From positions 33,294,001-33,358,000 of the forward strand of contig OZ336883.1 of the NCBI GenBank assembly GCA_965287045.1: DNA of 64,000 nt, written 5' to 3'. This document shows positions 1 through 10,458 of the stretch, in pieces. The stretch is from Carcharhinus amblyrhynchos (Eukaryota). The position numbers and the translations under genes were made by a program. A model generated the notes under the pieces. That model did no database searches, was not told the DNA's origin, and saw only the letters and a program-made list of their open reading frames with translations. How positions within the stretch are numbered: position 1 is the first letter of the stretch; each line of letters starts with the position of its first letter.

Positions 1-114
1 AGCTGTGGTTAAGCCAGAATAGGATCCAGGATAGCTCTCCCACATGTACACTTGCAGTCTTCCATTTTTCCCATATGCAAGATTGACTCACATGAAAGGA
101 ATAATAGTTTTTTA

Positions 115-560
115 TTATTATTTCATGGAATGTGGATGTTGTTACCCAACCCTAATTGTCATTGAGGTGGTGCATCGCCTTCTCGAACCACTGCGCTCCA
201 TGTGGTGCAGGTACTCCCGCCCCCCCCACAATGTTGTTAGGAATGCAGTCTCAGTGTTTTGCCCCAACGAGCATGAAGGAACAGCAATATGGTCCCAAAC
301 CAATGTGGTGTGTGACTAGGAGGGCAACTTGCAGGTGGCCTTCCCATGCATCTGCTGTCCTTGGCTTACTTATTGATAGAAAATATGAGTTCGCCAGGCA
401 CTGGCAAAGGAGCCTTAATATGTTGCTGCAATACCTCTTATAGATGGTACACACTGGGGCCTCTCTGCATCAGTCGTTGAGGGAGAGAGTGTTTAAGGTG
501 ATGAATGAGCTGGCAATGAAGTGGGCTGCTTTGTCCCAGAAGGTGACTGAAGAATTGAAA
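115..560 (-). mobile_element. 3' fragment of CR1/L2-group LINE ('family X')
   Basis: Minus-strand translation CTIYKRYCSN matches CTIYKIYCGN of the LINE ORF at 50499-51281. The reverse complement TCTGGGACAAAGCAGCCCACTT is identical to ~51104-51125. Confidence 0.8.
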
Positions 561-744
561 GTAACTGAAGACTAACATCTGTGATGCTAAGGGCCTCAGG
601 AGGAGGCTGAGATGGATCATCCACCGTATTTGAAAATGCTTCAGTCTTATCATCTGCTGGACCACCACCCCACCACCCTACCCCTCCATTCACTGAGTTG
701 GGTCCAAGGCAAAGGTAGCTGAAATACATATAATTAGCTATATA

Positions 745-870
745 GGCCGGAATTTTACTGCCTCACCTACCCGAGAATCGGAACAGATGAGGCTCATGTA
801 AAGGCATTCTCTGTTGGCCTCGGGCAGCATCTTATGAGTCTCGGGCAAGTGAGGTGGTAAAATTCCAGCA
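745..870. mobile_element. MITE, probably PIF/Harbinger-derived
   Basis: Imperfect TIRs GGCCGGAATTTTA / TAAAATTCCAGCA with ATA on both flanks. Close relatives at 39597-39717 and 61630-61755. Confidence 0.7.
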
Positions 871-909
871 ATATATTCTACTTCTCATATGATACTAATC
901 AAAATGGAG

Positions 910-1414
910 TGTAACAGTTTGAGAAGCATCATGGGACCAGCTGACTAGTCCACATTCCAGTGGGTATTCAGAAATACAGACACAGAAAAACAACTCGCTC
1001 AACACAGCCTCCCACGTTAGTCTCCCACAGGCTGCTACCTCTGAGTAACCGTTAAGTTACTAGGCAGAGATAAAGTTGAGACAAAGGAGCCTGTCTATAC
1101 AGAGAGAAAGTCCAAGGACAGTGAAACATGAGAGAGAACACCTATCATTCATGACCTGATCACACAGCCTCAAGATGCCCAGTTATTAGTTTCACTGGAC
1201 CTATATATAATGTATGTAATCTGAAATCTTTATGATTGGATTTTATGTCCAGCTGGGATGGGTTGAGTAACTGTATAAGAATTGATGAATTTCTTTTTTT
1301 TTGGTGGTGTTTTGCACGCGTGGCTTCTGCCCCCTGGCGTAATTCAATAAACTGTTTGCCGATTGAATCGGGCTTGAGTATTGAATGATTCTTCTGACTT
1401 AATTCTCCCTAACA
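910..1414 (+). mobile_element. Candidate solo LTR
   Basis: Starts TGTAAC and ends TAACA, with TATATAA at ~1204 and AATAAA at ~1346. No clean TSD. Confidence 0.4.
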
Positions 1415-1869
1415 AGGATGGAGATTTTTGCAGAGCCTCTTCCTCGGGTTAGTTGTTTAATTGTCCATCACTATTCACAATTAGCTGTTCCTAAATCTGC
1501 CCTCTTAAATGCAACTCTTCTGAAGGTTAAATAATGGGACAGTGGACTAGCAGAGTTCCCAAATGATCTGCACCAGTGAAAAGAAGCCTGGAGATTTTAT
1601 TGAAGGAGAATTTTTTTGAGTCTAAGGCATAGCAAGGATAATAGGATAGGGACAGTTATTTGAAAGTTAACTTCTTGGCGAATCATGGGAAAAAATGCAG
1701 AGAAGTTACAGTCAGGAAGAAGCCATTTGATTCATCGAAATCAAAAAGGTAGGTTTTAAAAACCTTCTCGAAGGATCTAAGAAAGCAAGAGAGAACAAGA
1801 GGTTCAGGGAGCGCATTCCATAGTTTAGGTAGTTGGAGGCAAGACTTCCATGAATGGTGACACATCTTC

Positions 1870-2250
1870 CAAGCCCACAACCACAACCATTTAAATTCTA
1901 GAAGGACAAGGGCAGCAGACACATGGAAACACCACCGCCTAGAAATTCCCATCCAAGTCACTTGCCATCTGACTGGGAAATGATATTGCCATTCCTTCAC
2001 TCTCAAAATCCTGGAACTCCCTCCCTAATAGCTCTGTGTGTGTACTCTCCACTTACCTGACAAAGGGTCAGAGGCCCGAAAGCTCATCGCTTTTGCTACC
2101 AAATAAACCTGTTGGACTTTAACCTGGTGTTGTGAGACTTCTTACTGTACCTTCAGCACAGGGACTACACTCACTGCCTTCTCAAGGGCAATTAGGAATG
2201 GACAATAAGTGCTGGTCTAGCCAGCAACACCCACATCCTGTAAAATTAAT
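1870..2250 (+). mobile_element. Family X LINE 3' end
   Basis: Ends CAAGGGCAATTAGGAATGGACAATAAGTGCTGGTCTAGCCAGCAACACCCACATCC, the same tail as 50367-50435. Interrupted by a Penelope-type fragment at 2047-2148. Confidence 0.75.
2047..2148 (+). mobile_element. Penelope-type short element, single arm, with mutated hammerhead motif
   Basis: CTGACAA-A-GGGTC-AGA-GGCCC-GAAA-GCTC followed by AAATAAACCTGTTGGACTTTAACCTGGTGTTGTGAGACTTCTTAC, shared with the 13623, 22365 and 54805 copies. Confidence 0.75.
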
Positions 2251-2494
2251 TTACATTTTTTACAAATTGGGAATGCTCAAGAGACTTGAATTGGGAGAGT
2301 CCAGTTATCTCAGAACGTTATAGAGCTGGAGGTGGTTCCAGAGTAAGGAATGGATAATGCCAAAGAGAGACTTGAAAACAAGGATCAGAGATTTAACATC
2401 AAGGTGCTACTGCACCAGAAACCAGTGTAGGTGAATGAGCATAGAGGCAATAGGTGAATGGGACATGGTGCAAGTCAGGACATGGGCAGTCAAG

Positions 2495-2680
2495 TCAATC
2501 TGCTTCAATCTTCTGTGCCTTATCCTTCTATTATATTATACACTTCCAGCAGGCCTCTTGAATTTGAATTGCTCCACAGTTGGTGACTATGCCTTCAGCT
2601 GCCAAAACCTTAAGCTCTGGGATTCCTTCCTGAAGCTTCTCTGCCTCTCTAACACATTCCTTCTTTAGGGCACTCCGAAA
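2495..2680 (+). mobile_element. L2 LINE 3' fragment
   Basis: Translation STVGDYAFSCQNLKLWDSFLKLLCLS is L2-like. Similar DNA at ~45120-45245. Confidence 0.6.
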
Positions 2681-2739
2681 GAATTCACATTCTACAGAAA
2701 CATAAAAAAAATCTATAGCAATTGTCTCCTATCATCACA

Positions 2740-3485
2740 ACTTGAAGAGGTAATTTTTTAAACTGCCCTTGAATATCTCAGTGCATTTGATGAGTTTCTC
2801 AAAGAGCATTTCAAAAGTTATCAATATTCATAGAGTCCTACATTGCAGAAGGAAGCCATTTAGCCATCAAGTTTGCACTGACCACAATCCCACCCAGTCC
2901 CTATCCCTGTAACCCCATGCATTTACCCTAGCTAGCCCCCCTGATGCTAAAGGCAATTTAGCATGGCCAATCCACCTAACCCACACATCTTTGGAGTGTG
3001 GGAGGACACCAGAGCACCCGAAGGAAACCCACAAAGACACAGGGAGAACATGCAAATTCCACACAGACAGTGACCCAAGGCTGGAATCGAGTCAGGATCC
3101 CTGACACTGTGAGGTAGCAGTGCTAACCACTGTGCTATCGTGTCTTTGGGAAAACCCACCATGGCTTTGGGAAGACCAACTTCTTAGCACACCATCCCAA
3201 TGATGACTTCATCATTATAATTGCAGAGTGGCTCAGAAACCAATCCATTTGTGATGTAAAAGAAGCTAAATGCTATTCCACAATAGTTAGTTCAACACCA
3301 GATGTGAGTCATCTGGACCAATAAACATTGTTTTTAAGGTATGTGACCAGCGATGGTGAAGTTGTAGAGTGATTTCTCTACTTTGTTCGACTACAATCCC
3401 ACATGTCTGAGTGTCTGGAGACAACTGTTTTGGAAATCATTGCCAATTTAGATTTGGACACCAAAAAATTATTGAGGGCAAGATT
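2740..3485 (+). pseudogene. Decayed hAT-superfamily transposase (DUF4371/ZMYM1-like region), split by an HE1 SINE
   Basis: Hand translation gives RGNFLNC-LEYLSAFDEFLKEHF (2747-2812), then GKTNFLAHH...DVKEAKCYSTIVSSTPDVSHLDQ*TLFLRYVTSDGEVVE*FL (3163 onward). This matches the hAT motif YFSIIVDSTPDVSHxDQLxxxLRYV. In-frame stops present. Confidence 0.75.
2829..3142 (-). mobile_element. HE1-like V-SINE (family A, CR1 tail)
   Basis: tRNA-like head (AGCACAGTGGTTAGCAC) plus central GTGTGGAATTTGCA..GGGTTTCC domain and ...CTATG tail. Confidence 0.9.
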
Positions 3486-3629
3486 TGTTAATGCCCCAGT
3501 TAGTCTCAGTTAAAAGTTTTGTCAAGATTATAAAAGTTTGAAAAGATTATATCTCAGTGGAAGCAGAGACACTAACCTTAATAAAAAATACAGGACCCTC
3601 TGATGATGAGAAGTGTACAAGACGCAAAG

Positions 3630-4330
3630 GGGGTGATTTTCCTGGTGGGGAGGGGGGAGCCAGTAAACTTGTGAGAAAACAGAGAAATCAGGTTCGTGCC
3701 CGATTTCTCGTGTCTCACGATCTTACTGGCACTGAATATCCAGTGCATTCAGCCTCCTGCCCACTTCCGGCGAGAGGCTGAATAAATTATTTTAATATAT
3801 GTAAAGGCTCATTTCCATGTGATTAGCCAGCCCGGGATCCAATCGTCTGGGCTCACTTGTGGCCTCGCCGGGAAAGGTTGTTTCCACTGAGGATCGTGCA
3901 TAGTTTCCATGAACAGGGACCAATCACGAGAGCCTCACTGGTAGAACTGGAGGCCATGGAGGCCTCCAGGGAGGTCAAGGGCAAGGGAGGGTGGCTCTTG
4001 GGAAGTGCCAACCTGGCATCTTCGGACTGCTTAAGGGGCACGTTGGCATTGCCCACGCCTACCAGGTTGTGCCAGTGAGTGACACCTAAAGGGGTGGGGC
4101 CCAAAGGGGCAGGTCAATTGGATGGGGAAGGGAGGGGGCACTGCTGCCACCATGTAACAGATCGGTGGGTGGGAGGGAAACGAGCCCGCTGCCACTCTAC
4201 ATCATGATTGGTGGGGGAGGGAGGGGAATCCTGCGACCACTTGGCAAAAAATTAGTGGGGGGGGGCACAATCACTTTGGTCAGTAGGGGGTGAGGGGGTG
4301 AATGGGTAATATTTTCAGATCGTGTAGGGG
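3630..4330. mobile_element. GC-rich non-autonomous DNA-transposon fragment
   Basis: Starts GGGGGTGATTTTCC. Internal similarity (ATTATTTTAATATAT..., GGAGGCCATGGAGGCC) to 17848-18913 and 40050-41440. Confidence 0.5.
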
Positions 4331-4735
4331 TCATGAGTAGACGTTGGTCCCCGCGATAGCTGAGATTTTCCAGCATTTTCAGATTCCAGCATCCACAATA
4401 ATTTGTTTGTACCTGTTCTTTAAATTCTGTTTTTCAAAATGGACCATTGCTGGTCTGATATAAGACTGCAGCTGGTCTCAATCTGGTAATTCTAACCACC
4501 AATACTCTCACAACTGTCCTTCAGAAAATCTTCCAGGACAAAGAGCAGAATCCTCTAGGCAGAGCCACTGACATCAGGCTAACTTGGCACTCCACTCATA
4601 TGAATTCACAGAAATAACATTTAATTTTGTGAGATTACAACTTTCGAAAATGAATGAGACCCTGAAATATACAGATTGGCAGCATCTTATCATGTTGATT
4701 GGAGTATTTGCCCTGACACTGAACTAACTCATTGA

Positions 4736-5065
4736 GGGTAGCACAGTAGCACAGTGGTTAGCACTGCTGCTTCACAGCTCCAGCGATCTGCATTCGATTC
4801 CCGGCTTGGGTCATTGTCTGTGTGGAGTTTGCACATTCTCCTCGTGTCTGTGTGGGTTTCCTCCAGGTGCTCTGGTTTCTCCCACAGTCCAAAGATGTGC
4901 GGATTAGGTTGATTAGCCATGATAAAATTGCCCCTTAGTGTCTTGAGATGTGTAGGTTAGAGGGATAGTTGGGTAAATGTGTAGGGACTTGGGGTAGGGA
5001 TTGTCGTCGATGCAGACTCGATGGGCAAAAGGGCCTCTTTCTGCACTGTAGGGTTCTATGATTCT
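4736..5065 (+). mobile_element. HE1-like V-SINE, full length
   Basis: Pol III A-box AGCACAGTGG and B-box-like ATTCGATTCC, V domain, tail CTGCACTGTAGGGTTCTATGATTCT. Confidence 0.92.
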
Positions 5066-5469
5066 GTCCTGCACTGGTGTGTGCTGCAATGATGCCTGAT
5101 TTTTCCACCTTGTTGCTTATCAGCAAGTTTCATGTTTGTTCGCCTCCAGACCTCACATTGCAATAATGATCATCATTAATGCCATTCAGACAAGAGGTAA
5201 GCTTGGATTTCAATTCAGCAACAATTCTACAGGCTTGTTTTTGCAAGTTAAGAAGCACCAAAGCAGTGATCATTTTGTGTATTTCTGTAGCTTGTGCCCT
5301 TGTGTTCTGTGGAGGGGGGATCAGAAATGAAGGAGAACCCAGGGCGCCACAAAGTGTAACTCCATCTCTGCCTGGGAGAGATGGAAAAGTGGCAAGGGAA
5401 TGGAATTTGTGATGGGGACTGAAGATGCTGGCGTTTGTGTCCCCAATATTTAATTGGAGAAAATTTCTT

Positions 5470-5945
5470 GATTAGATTTGATTTATTATTGTCACATGAA
5501 AAACATTGTTTCTTGCGTGCTACACAGTCAAAGCATACCGTTCATAGAGAAGAAAAGGATAGGGTGCAGAATGTAGTGTTACAGTCATAGCAAGAGTGTA
5601 GAGAAGGATCAACTTAATATAACATAAATCCATTCAAAAGTCTGATGGCGGCAGGGAAGAAGTTGTCCTTGAGTCGGTTGGGACATGACCTCAGACTTTT
5701 GTATCTTTTTCCTGATGGAATAAGGTGGAAGAGAGAGTGTCTGGGGTGTGCGGGATCCTTAATTATGCTGGCTGCTTTTCTGATGCAGCGGGAAATGTAG
5801 ACAGTGTCAATGAATAGAAGGTTGGTTTGCATGATGGACTGGGCTTTATTCACGACCCTTTATAGTTTCTTGCAGTCTTGGACAGAGCAGGAACCATACC
5901 AAGCTGTGATACACCCAGAAAGGATGCTTTCTATGGTACATCTGT
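5470..5945 (-). mobile_element. Rex1/Babar LINE 3' fragment
   Basis: ORF 5614..5853 IRKAASIIKDPAHPRHSLFHLIPSGKRYKSLRSCPNRLKDNFFPAAIRLLN is a typical Rex1 C-terminus. AATAAATCAAATC tail. Confidence 0.85.
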
Positions 5946-8089
5946 TGCTCATCCAGTACTGGGCATTTAATATTATTCAACATGCAGCTAAGTATATTGA
6001 TGCAGAAAATCGATGAGAGTAGGAAAGCTTTCATATCTCAACAATTTTATTAATGTAGATTTAATTGAACCCAGCAATTAATACCAACTTACTTTGGAGT
6101 AGATGTTCTTGTACTCAGAGCATCGACAAGAAACTGATTCGCTGTCAAATTGAAAGGTTCATAAAAGCTTGGTTAATATCACAACTGCATATGTCAACGA
6201 AACTGCAGCAAAGGTTTCCAGAAACATGTTGCACAATATAACAATAGGCACTTTAAATGAAACTGCTAGCAACAGGTCTAGACTGTCAAGTACCTTCAGA
6301 TTGGATTTGAATTTATGAAGATTACTTTATTTGGGGTTCTGGTAATCTATGTCACTGTAGTAATTCACATTCACTCTAATTTCAAATGCAGTCAAAGACT
6401 GCCGTATTTCAAAATGACACTGTAATCACAGATCCACATTAAAAAGTCATTATTGTTTAGAATCTAGCTTGGTTACGCAAACACTTACTATAAAATTCAG
6501 CAGCCTTTCGAAATTACCCACAGGTTCTTACTCGGGAATACAAGACAGGGGGATTTAAATCATTGGCTTACTATTTTATTGATTGCATGAGATTTTATGC
6601 TGCTATTTTGACTAGAATGCTTACTTAGTGGGCAAACCAAAAATGGACTTAACTGGATTAGTAAATAAAAAATTATACACTGCCACTCGCTCAAACTTCC
6701 TGGTGTGCAACAATTAATGCATACAGATTTTATCATGCCACGTTTTTTCAAATGTGACCTTTTTCGTTGGCAGGATGGTTATGTAAGCGTGCATCGTTAT
6801 CATTCATCAACTGAAACTTAAAGGCCTTTTAAAAAGCATTCAGCATGTGTTATTTAAATAGTCCACTAAAACAGGCTTTTCATAAATGTAAAACCGCTGA
6901 TATTTCATTTGAAATGCATTCTTAAAAAATACCTTCTTGGCTTTGATCCAGTAACAAAGAACAAACTAAGACAAGCAAGCTTTACGTTCGAGGTGACCTT
7001 GCCTTGCTTTGCCAAATATCAAATTGGTAAGCATTTAAAATACTGATTAAGATGAACAGTGAGAACGTAACTGTTTGTGCTGGCCAATATAAATAAAGAG
7101 GCCTTTAACTTAAAACTAAAGCTTGGGACAAAGACGACTTGATTCATATCATTTAAATGTAAATGCAACTTTTGTGTCTGTGGCGTCGCAAATTGGAACT
7201 ACAAATGACTTTTTAAAGCATTTGTACTCCAATATACCAATATGGCAAGGTTCGCTTGTGCTGCTTTTCCTTAGAGGGCATTTTTCTTTGCCCTTGTACT
7301 GAAACAGTGAGAAAGAACAGTGAAGCACTGTGCGTTTTATGTGCCCTGACGTAACTCCATCAGTATGTCTGAAGTTGGTTTTCATTTTCAAGTTAAAGTT
7401 GATTCTTTGAATAGCTGTTGGAAACACATTTGGGGGGTGGGCAGAGGGTTTGGGGTGATACAGGGGAGCAGGAAGTGACATAGGTAGTTACATTGTGAAA
7501 AAGTTACAGGCCAGATTTAAAGAAATGTAGGCACTTATTTTGAAATAAGGATAACAATTTATGAATCACTTTCCTTGGTCAATATGGGAAATTAAAATTA
7601 TGCAACCTGGAAAAGCCAACATGAGTGAGTGATTGGACCAACTGGTGGACTGATGCAGCACCAAACTCTGAATGTGGTGTTGGCTAGCTTAGAATGGGGA
7701 GAAGTTAAAGTAACTTCAATAGCCAGCAGAATATCTCCATGTTCAGGTTCCCCCTTCTGGATCTGTCAGAATGTATTTCCTGCTGTGACTGACTCCTTAT
7801 CCTCTTTACCAGATCAGTTATAGAGCTCCCCTTCTGCCGACTGAGTTTCACCCTCTTTCATTTGGGTGCCCTTAACTATGGACAGATAATGGAGAGCACA
7901 AATGAACTTGGTGAGATTGTGCAGGAAGTCCCTGGTACTCCTCTTTTCAATAATATCATTCGCTCTGTTCCTCTCAATCATTTACAGACTGACAGCATCT
8001 TGTGAGCTTAGATAGTGAACATGATAAAACACCCAGCACCACTGAGTAGCAGCACTACTGCTAATAGTTTATCATGCAGAAAACATTAT

Positions 8090-8202
8090 GGCCAGGAGTT
8101 TACCCATCACGGGAATCGGAACAGGTGAGGGGCGGACAATGGACAGGTCCATTTTACAGGATTTTACAGTTTTGGGATGAGCGAGACCGTAAAATCTCAC
8201 CC
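8090..8202. mobile_element. MITE
   Basis: Imperfect TIRs GGCCAGGAGTTTAC / GTAAAATCTCACCC. Related to 16368-16490 and 56420-56549. Confidence 0.55.
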
Positions 8203-8892
8203 TATAGCTCACAAGAAGGCCATTCAGCCTACAAAGTCCATGCTTTGGATGGCAAAGTTCTTTTCTCTTTCTGCCAAAGAAGACTTCAGGAGCCCAGTAA
8301 TGGATTTTTTAAAAATTCTGCCTCACAGGCAGCTATATCAGGCTATGGAAGCTCTGCCAGGGGGGTTTCACTGATTGAATGGGTAGAGGAGTTGCTTCCT
8401 GCCAAGTTAATAGCATCTTGCTTGGCATCAGCACTCACCAGGGACTCTGCAATTGGGCCTTCATGAAGGGGATCAGTGTCACCATCCTATGTAGCTTTGA
8501 TGGACACTCCAGTGGCTGTCCTGTTGGTTATGGACTCCATTGTACAATGTCCACCCTGCGTAAACTAGTGGACTGACTAAATATGGGTTTCAAGGAGTCA
8601 CACATTTTATGCAGTCTTCATGGAAATGGTGAATCCCAACGCCACAGCAGTGGAAGCAGCACCATGGAAATATGCCATCATTTTGATCTCTCTCAGAGTG
8701 TTAACGTGTCTTCTCCCTTATCATCCCAGCAACTGGGCTGCGTGTCAATAAGTCAACTGCACAGCACCATCCCGGCAAATGCTGAGGTTCAGTCAGTAGC
8801 CGGGGGTCCAAAAGGCTTGAGTACTGAAAACTCACTAGCCACCAGGGGCAAGCTGCTAAAGTAATAGAACAGTAAGCCTATTTTGAAAATGA

Positions 8893-9081
8893 TCATAGAA
8901 TCATAGAATCATAGAAACCTACAGTGCAGAAAAAGACCCTTCAGCCCATCGAGTCTGCACCGACCACAATCCCACCCAGGCCCTATCCCCATATCCCTAC
9001 ATATTATACCCACTAATCCCTCTACCTATGCATCCCTGGACACTAAGGGGCAATTTCTTAGCATGGCCAATCAACCTAACC
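8893..9081 (-). mobile_element. HE1-like SINE, 5'-truncated
   Basis: Tandem CATAGAAT tail repeats followed by family A 3' sequence. Confidence 0.85.
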
Positions 9082-9913
9082 AACCTAAAATGAAGGCACT
9101 ATGCAAATATCTGGAAGCACAGAGCAATGAAATCCTCTCAAGCATCTTTTCTCTGTCATGCTTTGAGGTGTCCCTCCTATTTCCTCAGCTTCGCTTGAGT
9201 CCCCCTGGTTCGAAGAGGGCTGCAGCTATAATGATGCCTCCTCCAAATGCAGGCCTCTCTAAACAGCAAGGCAACATAGGACACACCGTACCGCTATGGC
9301 CTGACAGACTCTTTGGGACGCCTGCGGACAGCAGACCTATTCAAACCCCTGAACTATTGTCTGGGGGACTCTCTAGTGTGTTCACTTCTGATCCTGATCA
9401 TTCCTCTGGCTTTACTTTTACTTGTGCTGTTAACACCTGGTGTTTCTGTAAGGGTGCTGAAAGGGTTTCCTTAGCCATATTTTTGGAACGTATCTACTTA
9501 CCCCCAGCAGAAATTCTGTCCTGTTCCTGGAAGAGTCAAATATTGCCGGATTAATAACCAAAAGTGCTGGAAAAACCCAGCAGGTCTGGAAGTATCTGTG
9601 GGGAGAGAAACAGGTGATTGAGGGTGTCCTCCAGTGACCTGCAGACTCTGCCATTGACAGTCAGCAGTTACACTGCAGCCATTGGGGATGAGCTGCATCA
9701 GAGCACAAGGTCAGAGAAAGGCACTAAGTAAATTCACAAGGCTAATTATATGACTTTGGCATTATTTAATTTATAAATTTGGTTTGGAATGCTTATGTTG
9801 TTGTGTTTTTATTTTTGCATTCCAGTCAAATGGACAATGACAATAGGAAGGTAAAGTTGTTGGACTGTTGGTGAACGGGGGATTAGGGTTTACAGCTAGT
9901 TGTCTCACTCTGA

Positions 9914-10140
9914 TTAATTCTCAATGGACAGAAGGCAGTTGTCCAGGGTGCCGATGTCTACTTCTTTATTCCCTTGTTCCTCCTCCTGCTCTTCAGCTCT
10001 TTGCTGTATTTTACAGTAGGGCTGTTCTCTCGAGGTGTTGAAGTTGTGCAATATGTGGCAGTTCACCATAAAATGTGACACCTGCTCTGCTGAGTACTGC
10101 AGAGCTCCTGGGAGGTGGGTCCAGGCACTGCACACCAATG
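9914..10140 (-). pseudogene. PIF/Harbinger transposase C-terminal remnant
   Basis: ORF 9914..10138 PGALQYSAEQVSHFMVNCHILHNF followed by an acidic tract matches the Harbinger/HARBI1 motif GGxLQYxPExVxxIxxxCxxLHN. Confidence 0.75.
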
Positions 10141-10354
10141 GTCTATGGTTCTAGGCTATCACATTCTTATGGCAAGTATGGTTTTCATTATATGCATGCT
10201 GTGTACATGTGCTGTTATTGCTCGGCTATTAATTTAAACACCCTCCAAGCATTCCAGTTTAATGAGACAAACAAGAACGAGAGTTGACTCTTCAATTTTT
10301 TCAACAATCTCCCTCTATTTAACATTTTAGGTACCAACTTAGACTTAAACATTT

Positions 10355-10458
10355 GTAACTCTTTAACTCTCTTACTGAACTTTAACTCTTAACTGAACAT
10401 CAACTTTAACTGAAAATTAACTCTTAACTAAACATTAACTTTAATTGCTCAACTGAAA
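10355..10458. repeat. Degenerate TTAACT(C/G)-rich minisatellite
   Basis: Repeated ~17-18 bp units such as TTAACTCTTAACTGAAC. Confidence 0.7.

Larger units (their letters stand above)
1740..2490 (-). mobile_element. Old L2 LINE 3' fragments, interrupted by a family X tail
   Basis: Minus ORF segment PKLWNALPEPL...FEKVFKTYLF resembles the L2 ORF2 C-terminus. Similarity resumes at ~2265-2490. Confidence 0.6.

Noticed and set aside
4736-4810. tRNA gene
   Set aside because: The Pol III boxes belong to SINE heads, continue into SINE bodies and recur many times.
9063-9554. 163-aa ORF
   Set aside because: It starts inside an HE1 SINE and shows no recognisable homology or exon signals.
10355-10458. 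CRISPR-like array
   Set aside because: No unique spacers, eukaryotic context and no cas genes.
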